This document shows positions 24,597 to 34,154 of a DNA stretch of 64,000 nt, piece after piece. This stretch comes from Bacteroidales bacterium (GTDB lineage Bacteria; Bacteroidota; Bacteroidia; Bacteroidales; ML635J-15), in assembly GCA_017551515.1 (NCBI GenBank), contig JAFZLK010000106.1, positions 7,723 through 71,722 on the forward strand, written 5' to 3'. Numbering within the stretch: position 1 is the first letter of the stretch; every line of letters begins with the position of its first letter. The notes beneath the pieces were generated by a model. The model worked only from the letters and a program-made list of their open reading frames with translations, was not told the DNA's origin and did no database searches. The position numbers and the translations under genes were made by a program.

Positions 24597-24776
24597 ATGT
24601 CAAGACCTATAGCAGACACACCAGTACTCAGGGGCGAAGATGCCGTACGCTTTATGCTTGAGATGGAGCGCGAGGAACACCCCACAGCAGCGATGAAGAG
24701 AGCACGCAAAAGGGAGAGCGACAGGATTCGCAGGCTGATGGAGAAGTTTTACGACAGAATAAAGGATGCCCTATGA
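24597..24776 (+). CDS. putative antitoxin of the GNAT toxin
   Basis: 59 aa and charged. Its stop overlaps the toxin start (ATGA). The ORF track's TTG start at 24585 is less likely. Confidence 0.55.
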   Translation: MSRPIADTPVLRGEDAVRFMLEMEREEHPTAAMKRARKRESDRIRRLMEKFYDRIKDAL

Positions 24777-25318
24777 GCCTGAAGGGAGTTGATGATTTCA
24801 ACTGGAGGCTTCGCAAGCTGAACGAAACGACAACAATAAAGCCGTTTTACAGTGGCGATGAAGACCTTGACGACTTCCTTTTGTCCGATGCCGTAGCATA
24901 CTACAAGCAAAGGCTTGCAGTTACCTATATAATAGAAACACGGACAAAAACAGTCGCATACTTCACATTGTCCAACGACAGCATACGTCGCGATGTTGAC
25001 CTAAAAACATGGAACAAAATAAACCGCAAAGTTCCAAACTCGAAGCGCAAAGGAAATTATCCAGCAGTAAAGATAGGCAGGCTTGCGGTTGGAAAGGAAT
25101 ATGCTAGAGGTGGTTTCGGGGAATTCATAATCTCGTTTGTAAAAAACAAATACCGCGAAAATTTTGGCGACAGAAGTGCTGGTTGCCGTTTCATTACTGT
25201 CGATTCTTATGGTACTGCTACAGATTTCTACCAGAAACAAGGATTTAAGTTTTTCACAGAAAAGGACGAAGGCAAAGATACTCGAATAATGTATTTCGAT
25301 ATGTTAAGCCAAGCCTAA
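24773..25318 (+). CDS. GNAT-family N-acetyltransferase toxin (TacT/AtaT/KacT-like)
   Basis: FYSGDEDLDDFLLSDA, TYII, YPAVKIGRLAVGKEYARGGFG and FYQKQGF match the TA-type GNAT layout. 181 aa. Confidence 0.75.
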   Translation: MSLKGVDDFNWRLRKLNETTTIKPFYSGDEDLDDFLLSDAVAYYKQRLAVTYIIETRTKTVAYFTLSNDSIRRDVDLKTWNKINRKVPNSKRKGNYPAVKIGRLAVGKEYARGGFGEFIISFVKNKYRENFGDRSAGCRFITVDSYGTATDFYQKQGFKFFTEKDEGKDTRIMYFDMLSQA

Positions 25319-25401
25319 AGGCTGAAAAACTGACATTAAATTTGTTGCCAATTTTGTTACCATACAATCGTAACTCATTGATAAATAAGAAATATGTAGA
25401 G

Positions 25402-25421
25402 CGATATACTCCACCAGAAGG
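25402..25421 (+). repeat. 20-bp direct repeat, copy 2 (partial tRNA-Ala 3' end)
   Basis: cgatatactccaccagaagg. The upstream sequence is not tRNA-like. Confidence 0.9.
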
Positions 25422-25422
25422 A

Positions 25423-25446
25423 AGCGGCTGATTAGCCGCTTTTTTC
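25423..25446 (+). terminator. hairpin plus T-run after the distal repeat copy
   Basis: agcggct-gatt-agccgct followed by ttttt. Confidence 0.6.
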
Positions 25447-25786
25447 GTTTAATGCCCCAGAAATAAATCTGTAGCGAAAGAAAATGCATATATACCTAAC
25501 AACCAACATATTAATTGTTTATTATTGCTGTTCGCCAAAAGTTCCACAAAAGCCTGTAAATTACAATATATCAAACAATTACAGCAACAAAAAAGTATAA
25601 GCTTATTTTTTGAAAATTTATGATAACCTCGGAGAGATTACATAAACGTAGATATAATACATTGATTATAAAGCATTGGCGCATGTTTTTGCCTAAAAAA
25701 ATTGCAAAAACTGTGACAATGCAAAATATAGCGGATATCAATAATTGTTTATTAATATTTTTATATGAAATTCGGACAATTTTTAG

Positions 25787-25794
25787 TACTTTTG
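25787..25794 (+). promoter_or_regulatory. candidate -7 box (TACTTTTG) for the polyene cluster operon
   Basis: Lies 37 nt upstream of the ATG at 25832, in a 500-bp AT-rich gap. Confidence 0.45.
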
Positions 25795-25831
25795 CAGTTT
25801 TAAAAAATTTACATGCGCAAAGAATGTTGTT

Positions 25832-27370
25832 ATGATAACATTTACAGATAGATTGACACTAAATGAGGTTGAAAAGCTCTTGTTTTCAGCCGAAAACATA
25901 AATATATCCAAAGAATGGATTGACCGTGTTGATGACTGCTATCATTTTCTGGAAAAATTCGCTGCAGAAAAAGTCATCTACGGAATCAACACAGGCTTCG
26001 GTCCTATGGCACAATGGCGCGTTGACGACAACTACCTTTCTGACCTTCAATACAATATCATCCGCAGTCACGCCACAGGTGCAGGAGAACCATTGGAAGA
26101 CATTTATGTAAAGTCGGCAATGATTGCCCGTCTCGGCACTGTATTGCAATGCCGTTCCGGCGTTCATCCCGATGTTGCCAAACTGCTCATTTCGTTCATA
26201 AACGAAGGCATATACCCATTCATACCAATGCACGGAAGCGTAGGCGCTAGTGGCGACCTTGTACAACTGGCGCACATAGCACTTTGTCTCATCGGAGAAG
26301 GCGAAGTACACTACAAAGGCGAATGGCACAAATCTGCCGATGTGATGAAGCAACTCGGACTTACCCCATTGAAGATTCACATTCGCGAAGGTCTTTCAAT
26401 CACCAACGGCACTTCCGTAATGACGGGAATTAGCGTTGTAAACCAGATATATGCTGAAAATCTTCTCGACTGGGCAACTCTAGCAGCTGTATGGATGAAC
26501 GAAATCGCTTCTTCGTTCGACGACTATATGGCTTTGGAGGAAAACGAATGCCGTCGTCACGAAGGACAACAAGTAATTGCCCGCCGTATGCGCGAAATTG
26601 CCGAAGGTTCGCAGTGCATGAAAAAACGCGCTCACGAACTCTACGATTACGGACACAAGGACGTAAAAGTATTCGAACACAAGGTACAGGCATACTATTC
26701 GCTTCGTTGCACGCCACAGATTTTGGGACCTATATACGACACTCTGAAATATGCCCGCAATATAATCGAAGACGAACTCAACTCGGCTTGCGACAATCCA
26801 ATAGTTGACCCCGAATCGCAATACGTTTACCACGGAGGCAACTTCCATGGCGATTATATTTCACTTGAGGAAGATAAAGTCAAGATAGCACTTGTTCGTC
26901 TTGCTATGACATCCGAACGACAGCTCAACTACCTGTTCCACGACAGAATAAACGGCATTTTGCCGCCATTCCTGAACCTTGGAACTCTCGGACTGAACTA
27001 CGGAATGCAGGCTTGCCAGTTCACAGCAACTTCAACAACAGCAGAATGCCAGACACTCGCAATGCCGAACTATGTACACAGCATCCCGAACAACAACGAC
27101 AACCAGGACATTGTAAGCATGGGAACCAACACGGCATTAATTTGCAAGCATATAGTTGAAAACTGCTTCCAAATTATGGCAATCCAGTATATAGCTTTAG
27201 CTCAAGCAACCGACTGCCTAAAGATAGCAGACAAACTTTGTCCTACTTCACGCAAAGTTTATGAAGAAGTACGTAAAATAGTACCTCTGTTCATCGAGGA
27301 CACTCCTTTCTACAAGGACATTGCAAACATAGAAAACTATTTGAAAACTAATAAATTGAATTTGAAATAA
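25832..27370 (+). CDS. MIO-dependent aromatic amino acid ammonia-lyase (HAL/TAL family)
   Basis: GSVGASGDLVQLAH carries the Ala-Ser-Gly MIO triad. YGINTGFGPMA is present. 512 aa. Confidence 0.85.
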   Translation: MITFTDRLTLNEVEKLLFSAENINISKEWIDRVDDCYHFLEKFAAEKVIYGINTGFGPMAQWRVDDNYLSDLQYNIIRSHATGAGEPLEDIYVKSAMIARLGTVLQCRSGVHPDVAKLLISFINEGIYPFIPMHGSVGASGDLVQLAHIALCLIGEGEVHYKGEWHKSADVMKQLGLTPLKIHIREGLSITNGTSVMTGISVVNQIYAENLLDWATLAAVWMNEIASSFDDYMALEENECRRHEGQQVIARRMREIAEGSQCMKKRAHELYDYGHKDVKVFEHKVQAYYSLRCTPQILGPIYDTLKYARNIIEDELNSACDNPIVDPESQYVYHGGNFHGDYISLEEDKVKIALVRLAMTSERQLNYLFHDRINGILPPFLNLGTLGLNYGMQACQFTATSTTAECQTLAMPNYVHSIPNNNDNQDIVSMGTNTALICKHIVENCFQIMAIQYIALAQATDCLKIADKLCPTSRKVYEEVRKIVPLFIEDTPFYKDIANIENYLKTNKLNLK

Positions 27371-28098
27371 TGAAATACGCTCTCATCACCGGTGCTTCTC
27401 GTGGTTTGGGCAGGGCTGTCGCCTTGCGCCTCGCCAAAGACGGGTTTGCTGTAATAATCAACTACCAGTCGAACAAGGAAGCTGCCGAAGAAACATTGAA
27501 ACTAGTCCATGAAGTTGGCGGAATGGGAGAACTCCTCCCCTTTGATGTCGCCGATTCAAAAGCAATAGAAACTGCATTGGAATCGTGGCAAACTGCTCAT
27601 CCTGATGAATATATTTCCGTACTGGTCAACAACGCTGGCATCAGAAAAGACAATCTGATGATATTCATGCAGGAAACTGAATGGAACAATGTCGTTGACA
27701 CCACACTGAACGGATTTTTCTACATCACTCGCCGACTGCTAAAAGACATGATAACCCATCGCAACGGACGCATCATAAACATGTCGTCGCTGTCGGGACT
27801 GAAGGGACTGCCAGGCCAGACTAACTATTCGGCTGCAAAAGCTGCTCTTATCGGAGCGACCAAAGCATTGGCTCAGGAAGTTGCTGCAAGAAAAATAACC
27901 GTTAATGCAATTGCTCCCGGTTTCATTTCAACCGACATGACAAAGGAACTCAACGAGACCGAACTAAAGAAACTCATCCCGATGGGACGTTTCGGGAAAC
28001 CAGAGGAAGTCGCTAGCCTGACATCGTTCCTTGCATCTGACGAAGCTGCATACATCACAGGACAGGTAATTTCAATAAACGGAGGCTTATACACATAA
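27370..28098 (+). CDS. fabG: 3-oxoacyl-ACP reductase (FabG / ApeQ-like)
   Basis: TGASRGLGRA Rossmann motif and the S..YSAAK catalytic triad. Confidence 0.85.
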   Translation: MKYALITGASRGLGRAVALRLAKDGFAVIINYQSNKEAAEETLKLVHEVGGMGELLPFDVADSKAIETALESWQTAHPDEYISVLVNNAGIRKDNLMIFMQETEWNNVVDTTLNGFFYITRRLLKDMITHRNGRIINMSSLSGLKGLPGQTNYSAAKAALIGATKALAQEVAARKITVNAIAPGFISTDMTKELNETELKKLIPMGRFGKPEEVASLTSFLASDEAAYITGQVISINGGLYT

Positions 28099-28116
28099 AA
28101 ACAGGAAATTAGTATT

Positions 28117-29343
28117 ATGACAAGAAGAGTAGTCATCACAGGCATAGGCATCTGGTCTTGCATTGGCAAGAACAAGGAAGAAGTAACCGCATCATTACGC
28201 GAAGGTCGTTCAGGTATCGGCATCGACCCACAACGTATAGAATACGGCTATCGTTCGCCACTGACAGGAATCGTTGAAAAGCCACAACTTAAAGGCAAAC
28301 TCGACCGCAAACTCAGAATGTACCTTGCCGAAGAAGGCGAATACGCGTATGTAGCCACACTCGAAGCATTCCAGCAGGCAAATATTGACGACGAATACCT
28401 ACAGAACAACGAAGTTGGCGTAATTTTCGGCAACGATTCTTCGGCAAAGGCTGTCATCGAATCGCACGAGATGGCAATTGAGAAAAAAGACACCACTCTT
28501 ATTGGATCAGCAGCAATATTCCAGTCGATGAACTCGACAGTGACTATGAACCTGTCAACCATATTCCACCTCAAAGGAATAAACATGACTGTGAGCGCAG
28601 CCTGCGCAAGCGGATCTCACTCAATTGGTTTGGGAGCTTTGTTGATTCGCAACGGACTTCAAGACATGGTACTTTGCGGTGGCGCACAGGAAACCAACTA
28701 CCTATCGATGGGCAGTTTCGATGGTATAAGCGCTTTCTCAACTCGCATCGACGAGCCGACAAAAGCATCCCGCCCATTCGATCGCAATCGCGACGGACTT
28801 GTTCCTAGCGGTGGTGCAGCAGCATTGGTACTCGAAGACTACGACCATGCAGTAGCTCGCGGAGCTACAATATTAGCCGAAGTTTGCGGATACGGATTCT
28901 CGTCGAACGGCGAAAGCCACATATCGCAACCAAGCGAAGAAGGCTGTATGCGTGCAATGTTACGTGCCATAAAGGAAGCCGGCGTAAAAGCAGAAGACAT
29001 CGACTATGTAAACGCTCACGCAACATCCACCCCACAAGGCGACATGTTCGAGGCTTTGGCTTTGAAACAACTGTTTGGAAAGACACAAACGCCAATCTCT
29101 TCAACAAAATCGATGACCGGACATGAATGCTGGATGGCTGGCGCAAGCGAAATCGTCTACTGCATACTAATGATGCAGAACGGCTTCATCGCTCCGAACA
29201 TAAATTTCGAAAATCCCGACGAATATTCCGACGGGCTGAACATTGTAAACAAAGCTACAGACAAACAACTTAACACCATACTCTCCAATTCATTCGGATT
29301 TGGTGGCACAAATTCTGCATTAGTAATCAAAAAAATAAAGTAA
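28117..29343 (+). CDS. beta-ketoacyl-ACP synthase (KAS I/II type)
   Basis: Cys-His-His set: SAACASGSH, NAHATSTP, TGHECWMAG. Confidence 0.85.
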   Translation: MTRRVVITGIGIWSCIGKNKEEVTASLREGRSGIGIDPQRIEYGYRSPLTGIVEKPQLKGKLDRKLRMYLAEEGEYAYVATLEAFQQANIDDEYLQNNEVGVIFGNDSSAKAVIESHEMAIEKKDTTLIGSAAIFQSMNSTVTMNLSTIFHLKGINMTVSAACASGSHSIGLGALLIRNGLQDMVLCGGAQETNYLSMGSFDGISAFSTRIDEPTKASRPFDRNRDGLVPSGGAAALVLEDYDHAVARGATILAEVCGYGFSSNGESHISQPSEEGCMRAMLRAIKEAGVKAEDIDYVNAHATSTPQGDMFEALALKQLFGKTQTPISSTKSMTGHECWMAGASEIVYCILMMQNGFIAPNINFENPDEYSDGLNIVNKATDKQLNTILSNSFGFGGTNSALVIKKIK

Positions 29344-29345
29344 AT

Positions 29346-29909
29346 ATGAAACAGACATTATTGGTATTAGTTATTATTCTTACAGGAATAGCAACTGCAA
29401 CAGCAAAACCAGACGTAACGGTTATCAAGGGTTCTCTCGTAGAACTTAAAAAGTCTAACGCTAAGATTTTTGTCCGCTGGGACTACACCAACAGCACAAT
29501 CGAAGGCAAGGAAGTAAACGCTTATTTGAAGGAACGTGGCGATGACTGGGTTCGCGACTACGATGCAGAAATTTCAAGAGCTGAAAGTAACTTCAGAGAA
29601 CGCCTCGACGATGAATCGAAAGATGTTCAAACGACAACCGAAGAAAGTTCTGCCGAATATACCATTGTTATGAAAGTCAAAGACTTTAACTACGGTATAA
29701 CCGGATTGGCAGTCGCAGTAGGTTTTGGTGCTGGCGACTCTCATCTATATGGCACAATGGAAATTTACAAGAAAGGACAGTCGGAACCAATAGCAGTCCT
29801 CGATGTTGATGGAGTTCCAGGTGCTGGATTTGGCAACGAGATTCGTCGTGTAGAGGCATACCGCGAACTTGCAGAAAATTTGGCTAAGCTCATTAAGAAA
29901 GCAAAATAG
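29346..29909 (+). CDS. secreted protein of unknown function embedded in the cluster
   Basis: Signal peptide ending ATATA-KP. 187 aa; I recognise no catalytic motif. Confidence 0.55.
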   Translation: MKQTLLVLVIILTGIATATAKPDVTVIKGSLVELKKSNAKIFVRWDYTNSTIEGKEVNAYLKERGDDWVRDYDAEISRAESNFRERLDDESKDVQTTTEESSAEYTIVMKVKDFNYGITGLAVAVGFGAGDSHLYGTMEIYKKGQSEPIAVLDVDGVPGAGFGNEIRRVEAYRELAENLAKLIKKAK

Positions 29910-29916
29910 AAAACGA

Positions 29917-31017
29917 ATGGACTTATTTCCAGAATTAGAAAAAAAATATACTCGCGAACAACTTTCCGCCCGTGAAGCACAGCGACAGGCAGAATGGATT
30001 GCTTGGGGACCAGTGGTTTTCCAGGCATCGAGGTTAATGGTAAAATTCGGTATTCTCGACCTTCTCCGCGACAGCGACAATGGAATGACGCAGGAGGAAA
30101 TTGTAAAAGCTACAGGACTTTCTCCATACGCAGTAAAAGTGCTTATGGAAGCATCGCTATGCATAGGCACCGTGCTGATTGACAAGGACACCGACAGGTT
30201 CAGCATTTCAAAAACCGGCTGGTTTCTCTTGACCGACAAGCTCGTAAGGGTAAACATGGACTTCAACCACGACGTAAATTACGAAGGTTGGTTCAAACTC
30301 GAAGAGTCGCTTCTCGAAGGCAAGCCTGCAGGTCTGAAACATTTCGGCGACTGGCCGACAGTTTACGAAGGCTTGTCGCAGTTGCCAGAGCAAGTACAGA
30401 AAAGTTGGTTTGGTTTCGACCATTTCTATTCCGACAACTCGTTTGCTCAGGCCTTGGAAATTGTATTTTTCAACAAGCCGAAAACTCTGCTCGATGTTGG
30501 CGGCAATACAGGACGCTGGGCTTTGCAATGCGTCGGTTACGACAATGATGTAAATGTCACCATTATGGATTTGCCTCAGCAACTGGAAATGATGCGCAAG
30601 TTTACGGCAGGTCAAAAAGGTGCAGAACGCATCAACGGATACGGCATAAATCTGCTCGACAAAGCAGCCGCCTTCCCTACCGACAAGCACTACGATGCAA
30701 TATGGATGAGCCAGTTCCTCGACTGCTTCAGCGAAAACGAAATACTAAGCATTTTGTCAAGAGCTGCCAAAATAATGGATGACAAAAGCCGTGTTTACAT
30801 TATGGAAACATTCTGGGACAGACAGAAATACGAACCTGCAGCATTTTGTCTTACAATGACAAGTTTGTACTTCACCGCAATAGCCAACGGCAACAGCAAG
30901 ATGTATCATTCAGAGGATATGGCAAAACTTGTTCGTGAAGCAGGTATGGAAGTAGAAAAAATACATGACAATTTAGGTCATGGACATAGTATAATGATTT
31001 GTAAACGTAATAAATAA
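29917..31017 (+). CDS. SAM-dependent O-methyltransferase with N-terminal dimerisation/wHTH domain
   Basis: Motif I LLDVGGNTG. The ATG at 29917 is preferred over the track start at 29869, which overlaps the previous gene. Confidence 0.75.
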   Translation: MDLFPELEKKYTREQLSAREAQRQAEWIAWGPVVFQASRLMVKFGILDLLRDSDNGMTQEEIVKATGLSPYAVKVLMEASLCIGTVLIDKDTDRFSISKTGWFLLTDKLVRVNMDFNHDVNYEGWFKLEESLLEGKPAGLKHFGDWPTVYEGLSQLPEQVQKSWFGFDHFYSDNSFAQALEIVFFNKPKTLLDVGGNTGRWALQCVGYDNDVNVTIMDLPQQLEMMRKFTAGQKGAERINGYGINLLDKAAAFPTDKHYDAIWMSQFLDCFSENEILSILSRAAKIMDDKSRVYIMETFWDRQKYEPAAFCLTMTSLYFTAIANGNSKMYHSEDMAKLVREAGMEVEKIHDNLGHGHSIMICKRNK

Positions 31018-31022
31018 ATTAT

Positions 31023-31265
31023 ATGGATAGAAAAGAAATTGAAGCAAAAGTAAAAGAATTTTTGATTGAAGATCTTGAAATTGAAGAAGATAAGATAAAA
31101 CCTGAAGCTAGACTTAAGGAAGATATAGGTATCGACAGTCTCGATTTCGTTGACATCGTAGTTATAGTCGAAAGAAAATTCGGCTTTAAGATTAAGACGG
31201 AAGAGATGGTTAACATAAAGACTTTCAGCCAATTCTGCGATTATATTGAGCAAAAGACGGCCTAA
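31023..31265 (+). CDS. acyl carrier protein 1
   Basis: 80 aa with the GIDSLDFVDIV phosphopantetheine-serine motif. Confidence 0.85.
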   Translation: MDRKEIEAKVKEFLIEDLEIEEDKIKPEARLKEDIGIDSLDFVDIVVIVERKFGFKIKTEEMVNIKTFSQFCDYIEQKTA

Positions 31266-31268
31266 ATA

Positions 31269-32165
31269 ATGGCTGAAGAGCTGCAACATAACGAATGGTC
31301 GGGAAAGACTGACGGATTGCCGTGGATGCAACGTTCACTCATCGGCATGTTCCGTGTATTGCCTATATGGGTAATATACGGAATTATGGCAGTATTTATT
31401 GTTCCGTTCTACATGATATTCAGCAGAAAAGGTTATAAAGCCACATACTCTTTCTTCCGCAAACGCTTCCAATACGGACGATGGAAATCATTTTGCAAAG
31501 TATATGCAAACCATTTCCGTTTCGGGCAGGTAATATTGGACAGATTTGGCGTATATGCTGGCAAAAAATATAATTTTGTTGTAGAAGGACAGGAATACTT
31601 GGACGAACTTGAAACACATCCCGAAGGTTTTGTTCTGCTTAGCAGCCATGTTGGCAATTACGAAATTGCGGGTTATTCATTAAAGCCCAAAGCAAAGAGA
31701 TTCAATGCGCTGGTATTTGCAGGAGAAACAGCTACAGTTATGGAAAATCGTCGGAGGATGCTATCACAAAACAATATGAACATGATTCCAGTAATGGCAG
31801 ACATGTCGCATTTGTTTGCACTGAACACTGCAATCGACAACGGAGAAATTGTAAGCATGCCTGCCGACCGCATTTTCGGTTCGCAAAAAGCTGCTGAATG
31901 CACCTTCTTCGGAGAAACTGCACGTTTTCCTCTTGGCGCTTTTGCCTTGTCGGCACAGAAAAATGCTTCCGTACTTGCTGTTTTTGTAATGAAGGAAGCC
32001 ACAAAAAAATATCATGCATACGTCCGCAAAATCCAATGCGACAGGTCGGCAAAATTACGCGAACAAATGAGCCAAATGGCACAGAATTTTGCCGAAAATC
32101 TCGAGGAAATCGTCAGGAAATACCCGACACAATGGTTCAACTATTTTGATTTTTGGAAACAATGA
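31269..32165 (+). CDS. LpxL/HtrB-like lysophospholipid acyltransferase (ApeD-type)
   Basis: N-terminal TM segment, SSHVGNYE (HX4E) motif. 298 aa. Confidence 0.7.
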   Translation: MAEELQHNEWSGKTDGLPWMQRSLIGMFRVLPIWVIYGIMAVFIVPFYMIFSRKGYKATYSFFRKRFQYGRWKSFCKVYANHFRFGQVILDRFGVYAGKKYNFVVEGQEYLDELETHPEGFVLLSSHVGNYEIAGYSLKPKAKRFNALVFAGETATVMENRRRMLSQNNMNMIPVMADMSHLFALNTAIDNGEIVSMPADRIFGSQKAAECTFFGETARFPLGAFALSAQKNASVLAVFVMKEATKKYHAYVRKIQCDRSAKLREQMSQMAQNFAENLEEIVRKYPTQWFNYFDFWKQ

Positions 32166-32599
32166 AAGCAATTGACGACCTGACAATAGAAGAACTTATT
32201 CCGCAGAGACCGCCATTCGTAATGATTGACAGGCTGGTATCGAGCGACGAAGTGTATTCGGTAACGGAACTCACCGTACGCGAAGACAATCTGTTCGTCG
32301 AAGACGGACGGCTTTCGGCATCGGGACTGATTGAAAACATAGCCCAGACATGCGCAGCAAGAATCGGCTACATAAACCTAAACCACGGCGCAACTGTCAA
32401 AATAGGTGTCATCGGCTCTATAAGCAACTTGAACATTGAACGCACGCCAAAGGTCGGAGAAAAACTTACCACAACTATAAAACTGCTGGAAGAAGTTTTC
32501 CAAATGACTCTGGTCGAAGCGGTAACAACTTGCAATAACGAAGAAATCGTGCGCGCCAACATGAAAATAGCATTGACGGACATTGACTCAAAAAATTAA
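32153..32599 (+). CDS. hotdog-fold dehydratase (ApeI-like)
   Basis: LIPQRPPFVMIDRLV start, typical of APE-cluster FabA/Z-like dehydratases. 148 aa. Confidence 0.7.
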   Translation: METMKAIDDLTIEELIPQRPPFVMIDRLVSSDEVYSVTELTVREDNLFVEDGRLSASGLIENIAQTCAARIGYINLNHGATVKIGVIGSISNLNIERTPKVGEKLTTTIKLLEEVFQMTLVEAVTTCNNEEIVRANMKIALTDIDSKN

Positions 32600-33039
32600 T
32601 GACTATGGAAAATGAGAAGATATTATCGGTAACCAAACCTTTTGAAATCCGCTTCAGCGAAGTCGATTCAATGGGTGTTGTATGGCACGGACACTATTCG
32701 GTATACTTCGAAGATGCCAGAGAGGAATTTGGCAAAAAATACGATTTGGGCTACCTTATGATGTACGGCAAAGGCTTCTTCGAACCCATAGTTGACCTTT
32801 CAATAAAATACAAGAAACCGCTTATCTACGGCATGAAACCCGAAATTACAATCACCTACCGCCCTACCGATGCTGCAAAAATCATATTCGACTATGAAAT
32901 TCGCGACAGAGAAACCGGCGAAATCCATGTTACAGGTCGTACAATCCAGGTTTTCATGAACAAAAACAACTACCAGCTCGTACTTACAAATCCGGAATTC
33001 TACGAGGAATGGAAAAAAAGATGGGAGGTCGGAAAATGA
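32599..33039 (+). CDS. 4HBT/YbgC-type acyl thioesterase
   Basis: FSEVDSMGVVWHGHYSVYFEDAR motif. 146 aa. Confidence 0.8.
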   Translation: MTMENEKILSVTKPFEIRFSEVDSMGVVWHGHYSVYFEDAREEFGKKYDLGYLMMYGKGFFEPIVDLSIKYKKPLIYGMKPEITITYRPTDAAKIIFDYEIRDRETGEIHVTGRTIQVFMNKNNYQLVLTNPEFYEEWKKRWEVGK

Positions 33040-34154
33040 TTGTAAGCATTGCAAATAACATAACCTCGCCATTGGGCATGACGACTGCCGAAAACTACGC
33101 TGCAGTAAAAGCGGGCAAGTCTGCACTGAAGCGGTATGAAGGACATTGGGGTCTGCCCGAAGCATTTGTCGCATCGCTAATCGACAGAAGCAATTTCACA
33201 GACACCAGATATACCATAGTCGAACAGGTTGTAATACATTCTGTTACAAAAGCATTGGAAAGCGCGAACATAGACACTGCATCACCAAAAGTTTTATTTA
33301 TACTTTCTACAACCAAAGGCAATGTCTTTTTGCTCGACAAGCGCGAAAAAGAATTTCCGCAAGAGCGCGTGAGACTTGGTATAGCAGCACGACAGATTGC
33401 ATCACATTTCCACAATCCAAATGAACCAATTGTGGTTTCAAACGCATGTATATCGGGAGTTTGCGCACAAATTGAAGCAATGAGGCACCTTGAAAGCGGA
33501 AACTACGACTATGTAATAGTTTCTGGCGTTGACATACAGTCGGCATTCATAGTATCGGGATTCCAGTCGTTCAAGGCTCTCTCACCCGAAGAATGCAAGC
33601 CATTCGATGCAAACCGTCACGGATTGAATCTTGGTGATGCCGCTGCAACAATAATTTACACAAGAAAAGACACTGTATCCGAAAACGAATGGTGCGCTTA
33701 TCGCGGCGCCATCCGCAACGATGCAAACCACATATCAGGTCCGTCGCGCACTGGCGAAGGCAGCTACAGAGCATTGAAATATGTACTAGGTGACATAGAT
33801 ACTCAAAAAATAGCATTTGTAAACGCACACGGGACCGCAACACCTTACAACGACGAAATGGAGTCAATTGCCATCGACAGAGCCGGACTATCAAATATTC
33901 CAGTTAACTCACTCAAAGGCTACTACGGACACACAATGGGTGCTGCAGGCGTACTCGAAACCATAATGTCGATGCAAGCAATAGACGACAACAACATATT
34001 GGCAACCAGAGGCTTCGAAACCTTGGGTGTAAGCCGAAATATAAATGTTACTAACCAAAACCAACCGACTGAAAAACGGGCTTTCATAAAACTGTTGTCG
34101 GGATTCGGCGGTTGCAACGCTGCACTGCTAATGACGAAAGGAGGCTTGCTATGA
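33036..34154 (+). CDS. beta-ketoacyl synthase (APE-type)
   Basis: SNACISG, NAHGTATP and YGHTMGAAG give Cys-His-His. ATGA overlap with the thioesterase gene. Confidence 0.8.
   Translation: MIVSIANNITSPLGMTTAENYAAVKAGKSALKRYEGHWGLPEAFVASLIDRSNFTDTRYTIVEQVVIHSVTKALESANIDTASPKVLFILSTTKGNVFLLDKREKEFPQERVRLGIAARQIASHFHNPNEPIVVSNACISGVCAQIEAMRHLESGNYDYVIVSGVDIQSAFIVSGFQSFKALSPEECKPFDANRHGLNLGDAAATIIYTRKDTVSENEWCAYRGAIRNDANHISGPSRTGEGSYRALKYVLGDIDTQKIAFVNAHGTATPYNDEMESIAIDRAGLSNIPVNSLKGYYGHTMGAAGVLETIMSMQAIDDNNILATRGFETLGVSRNINVTNQNQPTEKRAFIKLLSGFGGCNAALLMTKGGLL

Larger units (their letters stand above)
24243..25421 (+). mobile_element. 1.18-kb integrase-less islet inserted at the tRNA-Ala 3' end, carrying only a GNAT-type TA pair
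   Basis: Bounded by the 20-bp duplication of the tRNA 3' end. A second terminator that looks like the original one follows the distal copy. Confidence 0.5.

Noticed and set aside
25620-25835. 71-aa ORF just upstream of the ammonia-lyase gene.
   Set aside because: It covers the AT-rich promoter region, including the TACTTTTG box, and has no motif. It is most likely non-coding.
25886-30690. Antisense ORFs inside the polyene cluster (25886-26380, 26480-26848, 29745-30266, 30208-30690, all minus strand).
   Set aside because: Each lies inside a sense-strand gene with recognisable catalytic motifs. None has a motif or a start context of its own.
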